The translations under genes were made by a program, and so were the position numbers. Shown here one piece after another: positions 1 through 10,071 of a stretch of 64,000 nt of DNA (position 1 is its first letter; each line of letters starts with the position of its first letter). Source of the DNA: Desulfurivibrio sp. (GTDB lineage: Bacteria > Desulfobacterota > Desulfobulbia > Desulfobulbales > SURF-16). The DNA is taken from the NCBI GenBank assembly GCA_003605035.1, contig QZKJ01000080.1, positions 5,177-69,176 on the forward strand. The letters run 5' to 3'. The notes under the pieces are model-generated. The model ran no database searches, was not told where the DNA came from, and was given only the letters and a program-made list of their open reading frames with translations.

Positions 1-371
1 TGCCGATGCACTGCCGCCTCCTGCAGCAGGTGCAGCCGTTCATGGGTGAGGCGGCCGGCATCCGGCCGGTCCGTCTCGGCCAGGATCCCGGCCAGCAGCA
101 TGCCTTTGCCCATGCCGGGGTAGACCGGCACGAAAACCGGCACGAAGCGGGCCGGGTCCAGGCCGCGGATGACCAGCTGGGAAAGCAGGGTCTTGCCGGT
201 GCCGGAGCGGCCGGTGAGCAGGATGAGGGCATGGCAGTCGTCGATGCCGATGCGGATCTTCACCAGGGCCTCCTCATGCTGGCGGGTGCGGTAAAAAAGC
301 TCGGTATCCAGGGTGTCCTTGAAGGGGTTCTGTCTGAGGCCGAAGTTCCGGGTCCAGCCGGGGTAATTCAT
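1..371 (-). CDS. ExeA/MshM-like AAA+ ATPase, N-terminal fragment (gene runs off the left edge of the window)
   Basis: Absent from the ORF track because it has no stop inside the window. The reverse complement of 1-371 reads MNYPGWTRNFGLRQNPFKDTLDTELFYRTRQHEEALVKIRIGIDDCHALILLTGRSGTGKTLLSQ..., with a Walker A (GRSGTGKT) placed as in ExeA/MshM-type ATPases. Its ATG (371-369) overlaps the TGA (370-368) of the upstream gene (ATGA coupling). Confidence 0.7.
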   Translation of the reverse strand, partial: MNYPGWTRNFGLRQNPFKDTLDTELFYRTRQHEEALVKIRIGIDDCHALILLTGRSGTGKTLLSQLVIRGLDPARFVPVFVPVYPGMGKGMLLAGILAETDRPDAGRLTHERLHLLQEAAVHR

Positions 372-1426
372 GCGCTTTTCCTCCGGGGCTGCGGCAGCTG
401 CGCCTGCCCGTTTCTGATGAGCTTGAGGTAGCGGCCGAAGGCGGAGCTTGCGGCGGTCTGCCCGGGCTGATTTTTCAGGAGATTGGCGGCAATGGCCCGG
501 GTGTTCCTGCTGACCCGGCTGTCGGGCCGGTAAATGGTGTACGGCGTGCGCCGGGCCGTGGCCTGGGATACCGTGGCGTCTTTCAGGATATAGCCGGCGT
601 CAATGATTTCACGGCCCAGGAATTCCCGGGCGCAGGAGGCAAAGCGCAGGCTGACGTCCGCCGCCTGTTTCAGGGTCTGCACCATGTTGACCACCAGATG
701 AATGGTCAAGTCCGGCAGTTTTTCCTGATGCAGGGCCTTGAGCAGGCCGTAGGCGTCGGTCAGTGAGGTGATGTCCGGGGTGATGACAAAGAGGATCTCG
801 TCGGCTGCCTGCAGAAAGTCCCGCACGCTGCGGCCCATGCCGGCCCCGGTGTCCACCAGGATGATCTCCGCCGCCTTTTCCAGCTGCACCAGGGATTGGG
901 TGATGCGATACCGGTCCTGCCGCCTGCTGTCCGCCATGGCCAGGATGCCGCTGCCGCCGGCAATGATGCCGATGCCCTCCGGTCCCGCCTCGACCAGCTC
1001 GGCCAGCTCGACCTGGCCGGCGAGCAGGTCGGTCAGGCTGTGCCGCGGCGAGGCGCCGGCCAGGAGATGGACATTGGCCAGGCCCATGTCCGCGTCCAGC
1101 ACCACGCTCATTTTACCCAGGCGCTGGAACTCGATGGCCAGGTTCAGGGCCAGGTTGGTCTTGCCCACCCCGCCCTTGCCCGAGGTAATGGCGAGGACCC
1201 GGGCAAAGCGCTCGCGGCTATTGTGCTCGCCGCGCGCCGCCCCCTGTCGCCTGGCATGGATGGCGGCAAAGAAGGCAATGCTGGCCGGTTCAAAAAACAG
1301 GGCGCCGCCCAGCAGGATTTTTTCCGGCAGCTCGGCGGGATATTCGGATTCGTAATAACGGATCAGGCTTTCTTCCAGCCCGGTCAGGCGGACAACGTCT
1401 TCTATGGTGAGCAGCTGGTCAGGCAT
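368..1426 (-). CDS. MinD/ParA/FlhG-family P-loop ATPase with an N-terminal MerR-like HTH-looking extension
   Basis: Deviant Walker A ITSGKGGVGKTNLALNLA, then VLDADMGLANV and ILVDTGAG. The N-terminal ~90 aa contain LTIEDVVRLTGLEESLIRYYE. The track start at 1477 is a TTG. I place the start at ATG 1426, which overlaps the upstream stop by 8 nt. Confidence 0.82.
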   Translation of the reverse strand: MPDQLLTIEDVVRLTGLEESLIRYYESEYPAELPEKILLGGALFFEPASIAFFAAIHARRQGAARGEHNSRERFARVLAITSGKGGVGKTNLALNLAIEFQRLGKMSVVLDADMGLANVHLLAGASPRHSLTDLLAGQVELAELVEAGPEGIGIIAGGSGILAMADSRRQDRYRITQSLVQLEKAAEIILVDTGAGMGRSVRDFLQAADEILFVITPDITSLTDAYGLLKALHQEKLPDLTIHLVVNMVQTLKQAADVSLRFASCAREFLGREIIDAGYILKDATVSQATARRTPYTIYRPDSRVSRNTRAIAANLLKNQPGQTAASSAFGRYLKLIRNGQAQLPQPRRKSA

Positions 1427-4175
1427 CAGAGGAGATTTTACACTGCTGGTCCTTGACCGCCCGTTCAATGGTATCAAGCACCTTGTCCAGCATGAACGGC
1501 TTTTTCAGGCAGGCAAAGGCGCCTTTTTTCACGGTTTCCTTGATCTCGGTCAGGGAGGCCAGGCCGGTGATGATAATGACCTGCACTTCCGGGTATTCCT
1601 TTTTGATGAATTCCAGCACCTCCAGGCCATCTTTGCGCGGCATGCGGATGTCGAGCAGCACCACGTGATATTTGCCGTGGCGCAGTTTTTCCAGCCCTTC
1701 CACGCCGTCAAAGGCCCCGTCAACGGCAAAGCCCGCGGACCGCAGGGTTTCCTGCAGGATTTCATTTAAGATACGTTCGTCGTCCACCACCAGGATGCGG
1801 CATTTTTCCGGCGCTTCCCTGGCCGTATCCTGTTTTTTCTTGGTTTTCAGGATGTTTTTCATCTGGCGCAGCCGGCCGCTCTTGTCCTGGGGCAGGCGCA
1901 TGATGAAGGTGGCGCCTTCGCCTTCCCGGCTTTCCGCCCGCAGGGTGCCCTGGTTGTGCTCGACAATGGCATGGCAGACGGCCAGCCCCAGGCCCGTGCC
2001 TTCCCCTTCCAGTTTGGTGGTGAAAAAGGGATCAAAGACCTTGTGCAGGTCCTTTTTGGCGATGCCGGTGCCGGTATCGGCAACGGTGACCTCGAGGAAA
2101 TCATCGCCGGTGACCCCGGTGATGGTCAGGGTGCCGCCATTGGGCATGGCCTGGCAGGCGTTCATGAACAGGTTGAGAAAAACCTGCTCGATCTGCTGGG
2201 GGTCCACCATAACCTGGGGCAGGCTTTTGGGCAGCCGGTTATCCACCTGGATATTGACCAGCGGTTCCCGGCTTTTGGTAAGACTAAGCGCCTTGGCCAC
2301 GATTTCCGCCACCTCCGCCGGGCAGAATTTTGGTTCCGTTGGTTTGGCAAAGCCCATCAGGTCCTGAATGACATTGGAGATCCGGGTTTCCTGCTCCGCG
2401 ATGATCTGCAGTCTTTCCACCAGGGTGCCGTTGTCGGGCAGCTGGTTGATCAGCCGTTTCATGATCTGCAGATTGAGCGAGATGATGGTGAGGGGATTAT
2501 TGATCTCATGGGCCGCGCCGGCGGCCAGCCTGCCCACGGTGGCCAGCCGGTGGGAAGAGAAGAGCTGCCGCTGGTTTTCCTCCATCTTGCGGGATGTTTC
2601 GGTCAGTTTGCGCGCCTGCCGGGTGATGTCCTGGTGCAGGAGCAGGCGTTCAATGGCCGTGCCGGCGGCCGAGGCCATGGCCTCGAAATTTTTCCGCAGG
2701 GCGGTAAAGCCGTTGCGGATAAAATCCGGGCCGCTGCTGAAATCGACCACCAGCTGGCCCAGCAGCTGTTCCTTGCGCCAGCGGGAATGATGGTCAGCCA
2801 TGAAAAAGGTGGCCAGAAACTTGGAGCCGGCCATCATGGTGAACATGCGCGACTCCTCGATCCGGCCGTGCAGCAGGTCATGGGTCACCTGTTCCAGCCG
2901 GTTGGCCGCCTCCACCTCGATATCGTTGGTGGCGTAATGCCGCCGGTTATCCATATCGGCCAGCCGGGTGGGCAGCTCCAGATCGTGGCAGACCTGGTGG
3001 TCGAGCAGGGAGCCGACAAAACGATGGGCCGCCGGGTCGCGGATCAGGCAGAGGCAGCGTTTTACGTCAAAGGCCCGGCAGACCGCATCAGCCACCACCT
3101 CGGCGGCCTCCCGCAGGGTAAGGTTGGAATGAAGCTTTCGGTGCATGTCGCAGGTGGCGCCCAGCACCTGATTGGTGGCCTGCAGCAGCTGATTGTTTTC
3201 ATCGAGCTCCAAGCTCATCCTGCCGAGAGTGACATTGGCCGAGCGCACCAGTTTCTGATACTCGTCCTCATCCCAGAAGCCGAGAATCTTGCATACCTCG
3301 CCTACCCGCAGGTGGACATCGGCCATGATGGCGTCAATATCCCCGGCGCTGAGGTGGTGCAGCCGGGCCAGGTTTTCCAGGGCAAAATGGAAGTGGTCGT
3401 GGCAGACCGGCGTTTCCGTGAGAAAGTAGCTTGAGCCCACGTTATGGGTGACGCACAGCACATCGGCGAAACGGATGAGCTGGGGCAGCTGGTCCAGGTC
3501 CGGGCGGATGGCTTCGATCACCGGCTGGTGGTGCAGCCACATCGCCCTGGTCAGGCTCTCGGGAAAACCGTAGCGTTCGCCGATGATCTTTCCCACATCG
3601 ATATGGCTGAAGCCGGCAATGGTCTGCTCCAGATCGAGCGGCAGCAGCTCAGTTCTGCCGCTGTGCGGCGCATAATCCTCCAGCTCCAGGCAGATCTGGT
3701 TGAATTTGTCGGGAAACTGCCGGAAAAAGACCAGTTTGCCCAGGTCATGGGTCAGCCCGCCCACATAGGCCTGGTCCGGGGCCGGGAAATCGAGACGCCG
3801 GGCCAGGGCCTCGGCGGTGGCGGCAACCCCGATGGCGTGCAGCCAGAAGTTGACCAGCTTGGCCGGGTGCGGGGTGAGCTTGGCCGAAAAGGTGTCAAAG
3901 ATGGAGACCGAGAGAATGATGCTGCGCACCGCATTGAGCCCTGCCGCGGATATGGCCTGGGGAATGGTGGCAATCTCCCTGCGGGCGCCCACGTGGGCAG
4001 AGTTGGCGTAGCGGAGAATTTTGCCGGTGAGCACCTGGTCGTTTTTCAGCAGGTCGGCGATGGAGTCGAAGGTGGAATTTTCACCCTCCATGAGGCGGAT
4101 GGCCTCGATTGCCACCGAGGGGAGGGTGGGGAGACTGTCCAGGGAAAAAGTGCGCTCAAGCAGGTTTTCAGGCAT
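1419..4175 (-). CDS. Hybrid sensor: HDOD domain, central sensory region, HisKA/HATPase_c histidine kinase, C-terminal receiver domain
   Basis: HDOD-like N-terminus (LPTLPSVAIEAIRLM...DQVLTGKILRYANSAHVG...GGLTHDLGKLV). H-box AAHEINNPLT. ATPase motifs DTGTGI and GTGLGLA. Receiver ILVVDDERIL...LLDIRMPRKDGLEVL. The start is uncertain: ATG 4175 (MPENLL) is preferred over ATG 4265, and neither has a clear SD. Confidence 0.85.
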   Translation of the reverse strand: MPENLLERTFSLDSLPTLPSVAIEAIRLMEGENSTFDSIADLLKNDQVLTGKILRYANSAHVGARREIATIPQAISAAGLNAVRSIILSVSIFDTFSAKLTPHPAKLVNFWLHAIGVAATAEALARRLDFPAPDQAYVGGLTHDLGKLVFFRQFPDKFNQICLELEDYAPHSGRTELLPLDLEQTIAGFSHIDVGKIIGERYGFPESLTRAMWLHHQPVIEAIRPDLDQLPQLIRFADVLCVTHNVGSSYFLTETPVCHDHFHFALENLARLHHLSAGDIDAIMADVHLRVGEVCKILGFWDEDEYQKLVRSANVTLGRMSLELDENNQLLQATNQVLGATCDMHRKLHSNLTLREAAEVVADAVCRAFDVKRCLCLIRDPAAHRFVGSLLDHQVCHDLELPTRLADMDNRRHYATNDIEVEAANRLEQVTHDLLHGRIEESRMFTMMAGSKFLATFFMADHHSRWRKEQLLGQLVVDFSSGPDFIRNGFTALRKNFEAMASAAGTAIERLLLHQDITRQARKLTETSRKMEENQRQLFSSHRLATVGRLAAGAAHEINNPLTIISLNLQIMKRLINQLPDNGTLVERLQIIAEQETRISNVIQDLMGFAKPTEPKFCPAEVAEIVAKALSLTKSREPLVNIQVDNRLPKSLPQVMVDPQQIEQVFLNLFMNACQAMPNGGTLTITGVTGDDFLEVTVADTGTGIAKKDLHKVFDPFFTTKLEGEGTGLGLAVCHAIVEHNQGTLRAESREGEGATFIMRLPQDKSGRLRQMKNILKTKKKQDTAREAPEKCRILVVDDERILNEILQETLRSAGFAVDGAFDGVEGLEKLRHGKYHVVLLDIRMPRKDGLEVLEFIKKEYPEVQVIIITGLASLTEIKETVKKGAFACLKKPFMLDKVLDTIERAVKDQQCKISSDA

Positions 4176-4388
4176 GGCTGTCTGGCTGGAAAATGGTGTA
4201 TGTAAGAGCGGCGCAGTGCATCCCGCCTGCCCTGAAGAACAACATGAACCGCCGGGTAAGCCCATCGAGGCGGCGCGAGGCGGGGCTGCTCAGGCCACAG
4301 GGATCCCTGTCAGGATGAGCAGGCCTGCCCGGCGCGTTGCTGATGGGCCTAAGTTGTTTCACCACCGGTGGAACTACCGCCCGAAACC

Positions 4389-4733
4389 TCAACTGGAGGT
4401 GCTGCAGGAGGCGTCCGATTTGGAGCAGGCGGCGGCCGAGGCGGAGGACAGGATATACTGGCGGGCCACCTTGACCCGAATATTGTCGGCGATTTCCAGG
4501 GTCACCACCGTATCGGTGAGGCCGGTGATCTTGCCGTGCAGGCCGCCGCCGGTGATGACCTCGTCTCCTTTTTTCAGGTTGGTCAGAAATTCCTGCTGGG
4601 CCTTGGCCTTTTTCTGCTGCGGCCGGATGAGCAGGAAATAAAAGACCACAAAGATCAGGATCATCGGCAGAAAGCCGGTCAACGGGTTTGCTGCGGGGGC
4701 TGCCGCGTCCGCAGCATAGGCGAGAGATGTCAT
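4389..4733 (-). CDS. yajC: Preprotein translocase subunit YajC
   Basis: 114 aa with a single TM segment, then IRPQQKKAKAQQEFLTNLKKGDEVITGGGLHGKI, which is characteristic of YajC. Confidence 0.9.
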   Translation of the reverse strand: MTSLAYAADAAAPAANPLTGFLPMILIFVVFYFLLIRPQQKKAKAQQEFLTNLKKGDEVITGGGLHGKITGLTDTVVTLEIADNIRVKVARQYILSSASAAACSKSDASCSTSS

Positions 4734-4752
4734 AATGTTACTCCTTGGTGGG

Positions 4753-6581
<1,829 letters not shown>

Positions 6582-6748
6582 AATAGTGTAATGTCAGCCA
6601 TCAAAGGTGATGAGGCCTGGTCTGTATGCTCCCGTCTCTTGTGAGGCAGCGGAAACTGACATTTTCCTGGAGCATCATTGTTTTCCTATTCAATCCTTTA
6701 TGATAATGTGATACCCTTTGCCAGAAATATCCATCAAAACTGAATAAT

Positions 6749-6923
6749 GAGCCTCTTGCAAAATGAACATCTACTCCGATCGGCTAAAAATATCCTGGGC
6801 GGCCATCCTGGTGAAATCGTCCTCAGCGGAGCACTGCTACGCTTCCGGGCGATTTCACCACTCATCCTTGCCCGGAATATTTTTCTCTCGATCTCGCTAC
6901 GACGTTCATTTTGCAAAAGGCTC
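6749..6923. repeat. 175-nt imperfect inverted repeat forming a rod-like hairpin (candidate structured RNA or MITE-like element)
   Basis: The 20-nt arm 6749-6768 (gagcctcttgcaaaatgaac) pairs with 6904-6923 (gttcattttgcaaaaggctc) with 1 mismatch. Further in: gatcg/cgatc, aaaaatatcc/ggaatattttt, gggc/gccc, and a 13-bp stem 6810-6822/6847-6859 around a 24-nt apical loop. Two internal loops interrupt the rod. It lies in the intergenic region between rph and the radical-SAM fusion gene. Confidence 0.8.
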
Positions 6924-6952
6924 TAGTATAAACTATTTTTGAGACGAATACG

Positions 6953-9900
6953 ATGCAATCATTAAAATACTGGCAGAGGTTTGCCAGCAACGGCCTGCCG
7001 GTTTACGTCAACGGGCGGAAGCCGGACTGGTTTGTGGCCGGGAAAAAGGCCGATGTTCTCCTGCGCCGGGCCATGGCCGGGGAGGATGCCTCCACCTGCC
7101 ATGCACCCGGCGGCCCCGCGGCTGGTGACGAGGGACTCGACCGAGCCCGGCTCCTGGCCCATCTCGCCGGCTCCAGGGCGGAAAGCTACCCCGGCCGGCA
7201 GCATTTCCTGACGCTTACCTCGCTGAAGGAATGCTGGTTTCATCTGACCAATCAGTGCAATCTCGCCTGCCGCCACTGTCTTTTTGCCGCCTCGCCGGCC
7301 CGGTCCAGCGCGCTGGGCCGCGGGCAGCTTGAGCAGGCCATTGCTGAAGCCAGGTCCTTAGGCTGCACGCTTTTTTATTTTACCGGCGGCGAACCATTTG
7401 TCTACCCACAATTTTCGGAAATCATTGAAAATCTGCTGACGGACCCGCAGGTGCATGTGGTGATACTGACCAACGGCCTGCTGCTCGCGGAAAATATCGC
7501 TTTCCTGCAAAGCGCCCCGGCCGAGCGCCTGCACCTGCAGATCAGCCTGGACGGCATGGAAAAGAGCCATGAGGCCCTGCGGGGCACGGGGACCTTTACC
7601 AGGCTGCTGGCCAATCTCGCCGCGCTCAGGCAGACCAGGCTGGCCGCCACCCTCTCGGTTGCCGTCAATCGTGAGAATCTGCATGATCTGCCGGCCATGC
7701 TCGCCTTTGCCGCGGAAAACGGCATCAGCAATATGCACCTGCTCTGGCATTTTGTGCGGGGCAAGGGCAGCGACGCCCAGTTCGTGCCGCCGGAGGAGAT
7801 CTGGCACCACCTGGAAAGTTGCCTGGTAAGCGCCGCAGAGCTGGGGGTCACCATTGATAATGTGGAGACCATCCGGGGCCAGGTCTTTTCCACCCCGGGC
7901 ACCCGGCATGATCTCAGTAACAGCGGCTGGGAGTCGCTGACCGTGGGGCCTGACGGCCGGATCTATCCCTCGCCGGCCCTGGTGGGCATCGAGGCGCTTG
8001 GCTGCGGTTCTCTTGATCAGGGCCTGGCCCGGGTCTGGCGGGACAGCCCGGTGCTGCGGGAGCTGCGCGCCGCAAGCCTCGCCGGCAGCGCCTATGAGGA
8101 GAACCCCCTGCGCTTTCTGGTGGGCGGCGGCGATATCGATCACAGTTTTATTGCCGCAGGCACCTTCACCGGCCACGATCCCTACGTGCCTCTCTACAAC
8201 CGTATCGCCCTCTGGCTCATTGCCCGCCAGGCCGCCAGCTACCCCCAGGCGGACGGTGCCACCTTTCTGCTGAAAATGGGCGATGTCCGGTATGATTGCG
8301 CCGACGCAGGCCAGGGGGTGGCGCTGACCCACTGCAACTGCGTGGTTTCCCTGTCCGGCGAGGACGGCGGCCATGGCACGGTGCGGGAGTTTTATGCCCG
8401 GGCCGCCACCCTGGCCAATGAGGATATTGTCAACCCCTTTGCCCCGCAGCAGGCCGAGGCCCTGTTCATCCCCAGTGTTTCCCGGCAGCGCTCCTACGGC
8501 TGCGGCAGTCCGGTGCAGGATGCCGGGCTGCAGCCCGGGGAAATTGTGGTTGATCTGGGCAGCGGCAGCGGGGTGGAATGTTTCCAGGCAGCCAGGATGG
8601 TCGGTGCGTCGGGCCAGGTTTTCGGCATTGATATGACCGACGAGATGCTGGCCCTGGCCCGCTCTTCCCAGGCCCAGGTGGCCCGGGAGCTCGGCTATGA
8701 CAACATGGAGTTCAAAAAGGGACTGCTGGAGGCCATCCCCCTGGCGGATGGCGCGGCCGACGTGGTGATTTCCAACTGCGTGATCAACCTGAGCCCTGAC
8801 AAAAGGCGCACCCTGCATGAGGCCTTCCGCATCCTGAAACCGGGCGGCCGGCTGGTGGTGTCTGATATCGTCACCGATGAGCCGATCCCGGTTCAGATCA
8901 AAAATAATGCGAAACTGCGGGGGGAATGTCTGGGCGGCGCCATGCAGCAGGTGGATCTGATGGCCATGCTGCGGGCCGCGGGCTTTACCGCAATAAAGCT
9001 GATCAAGCGGTTCCCCTATCGGCAGCTGGACGCCACCTCATTTTATTCCCTGACTTTTGCCGCCAGTAAACCCGCGGCCCGGGAGATGCTTGAGGTCATC
9101 TACCGGGGGCCTTTTGCCGCGGTGTACACGGAAGGCGGGGAACTGCTCCTCAAAGGCCAGAAAACCAGGGTTTTTGCCAGCGATCTTGCCTCCCTGGATG
9201 AATCCGTCTTTGTGGTGGATGAACAGGGAGCGGTGACCAATATTGCCCAGAGCGGCGGCTGCTGCGGCATTGCGCCGGAGACCGCCGCCTCGGCTGCCCC
9301 ATCGTGCTGCCCCGACGCAGATGATGAGATCCGCCAGCATGCCGACTGCCTGGTGTGCGGCAGCGAATTGCGCTATTTCACCACGGACCGGGAAAGGACC
9401 TGTTATTACTGCGGTGAGAAGAAGGCGGCCAACGCCTCCTGCCTGGCCGGTCATTTTGTCTGCGATGCCTGCCACCAGCACAAGGGCGTGGCGGTGATCA
9501 GAAAGATCTGCACCGAATCGGCCATTGAAGACATGGTGACGCTGATGAAGAAGATCCGTTCCCAGCCGGCCATCTCCATGCATGGCCCTGAGCATCACGC
9601 CCTGGTGCCGGGCATAATTCTCTCCACTTACCGGGCCCGAGGCGGCAAGGTGGGCAAAAAAGACATCCTGGCGGCTATTGACCGCGGCAGTAAGGTGCCG
9701 GGCGGGGCATGCGGATTCTGGGGCAGCTGCGGCGCGGCGGTGGGGGCGGGCATCGCCTTTTCGGTTATTCTGGCGGCCACGCCGCTGACCCCGAAAAAGC
9801 GGCAGCTGGCCCAGCAGGTCACGGCCAGGATTCTGGAAAGAATCGCCTCCTTCCAGGCCGGCCGCTGCTGCCAGCGGGAGACGATGATCGCCCTGCAGGC

Positions 9901-10069
9901 GGCGGCGGAGCTGTCCGGGGAAATTCTGCCGGTTGAACTCCTTGCCGAGGACAGCCTGGCCTGCAGCCAGTACCCCATGAACCGCGAGTGCATCCGCCAG
10001 GCCTGCATGCTCTGGCCGATGCGGGATAAAGAGGCGGCCACCGTGCAGTCCCTGGCCCTGGTTATCTGA
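6953..10069 (+). CDS. Tri-domain fusion: radical SAM (SPASM/twitch-like) domain, ArsM-like SAM methyltransferase domain, C-terminal Cys-rich domain
   Basis: CxxxCxxC motif TNQCNLACRHC (nt 7256-7279) with FYFTGGEP. Methyltransferase block YGCGSP...VVDLGSGSGVECF...VVISNCVINLSPDKRRTLHEAFRILKPGGRLVVSDIV...RGECLGGAM is colinear with arsenite methyltransferases. The C-terminus carries CLVCGSEL...CYYCGEKK...CDACH plus GACGFWGSCGAAVG and RCCQRE. Confidence 0.8.
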   Translation: MQSLKYWQRFASNGLPVYVNGRKPDWFVAGKKADVLLRRAMAGEDASTCHAPGGPAAGDEGLDRARLLAHLAGSRAESYPGRQHFLTLTSLKECWFHLTNQCNLACRHCLFAASPARSSALGRGQLEQAIAEARSLGCTLFYFTGGEPFVYPQFSEIIENLLTDPQVHVVILTNGLLLAENIAFLQSAPAERLHLQISLDGMEKSHEALRGTGTFTRLLANLAALRQTRLAATLSVAVNRENLHDLPAMLAFAAENGISNMHLLWHFVRGKGSDAQFVPPEEIWHHLESCLVSAAELGVTIDNVETIRGQVFSTPGTRHDLSNSGWESLTVGPDGRIYPSPALVGIEALGCGSLDQGLARVWRDSPVLRELRAASLAGSAYEENPLRFLVGGGDIDHSFIAAGTFTGHDPYVPLYNRIALWLIARQAASYPQADGATFLLKMGDVRYDCADAGQGVALTHCNCVVSLSGEDGGHGTVREFYARAATLANEDIVNPFAPQQAEALFIPSVSRQRSYGCGSPVQDAGLQPGEIVVDLGSGSGVECFQAARMVGASGQVFGIDMTDEMLALARSSQAQVARELGYDNMEFKKGLLEAIPLADGAADVVISNCVINLSPDKRRTLHEAFRILKPGGRLVVSDIVTDEPIPVQIKNNAKLRGECLGGAMQQVDLMAMLRAAGFTAIKLIKRFPYRQLDATSFYSLTFAASKPAAREMLEVIYRGPFAAVYTEGGELLLKGQKTRVFASDLASLDESVFVVDEQGAVTNIAQSGGCCGIAPETAASAAPSCCPDADDEIRQHADCLVCGSELRYFTTDRERTCYYCGEKKAANASCLAGHFVCDACHQHKGVAVIRKICTESAIEDMVTLMKKIRSQPAISMHGPEHHALVPGIILSTYRARGGKVGKKDILAAIDRGSKVPGGACGFWGSCGAAVGAGIAFSVILAATPLTPKKRQLAQQVTARILERIASFQAGRCCQRETMIALQAAAELSGEILPVELLAEDSLACSQYPMNRECIRQACMLWPMRDKEAATVQSLALVI

Positions 10070-10071
10070 CC

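Noticed and set aside
6-431. 141-aa plus-strand ORF at the left edge
   Set aside because: The opposite strand encodes an ExeA-like N-terminus with a Walker A and an ATGA junction to the upstream gene. The plus-strand translation is an A/G/Q-rich shadow.
6734-6916. 60-aa minus-strand ORF in the rph / radical-SAM intergenic region
   Set aside because: It lies entirely within the 175-nt inverted repeat, has no SD and no recognisable sequence. It is better explained as an accidental ORF in a structured element.
7358-8818. 486-aa minus-strand ORF inside the radical-SAM fusion gene. Similar long antisense ORFs occur at 36957-38591 (544 aa), 38692-39693 (333 aa), 56299-57744 (481 aa), 41749-42765 (338 aa) and 33909-34820 (303 aa)
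   Set aside because: For the four I phase-checked (7358-8818, 36957-38591, 38692-39693 and 56299-57744), the frame is in the same in-register antisense phase as the strongly motif-supported sense gene. All six have shadow-ORF composition. They are a consequence of GC-rich codon usage, not genes.
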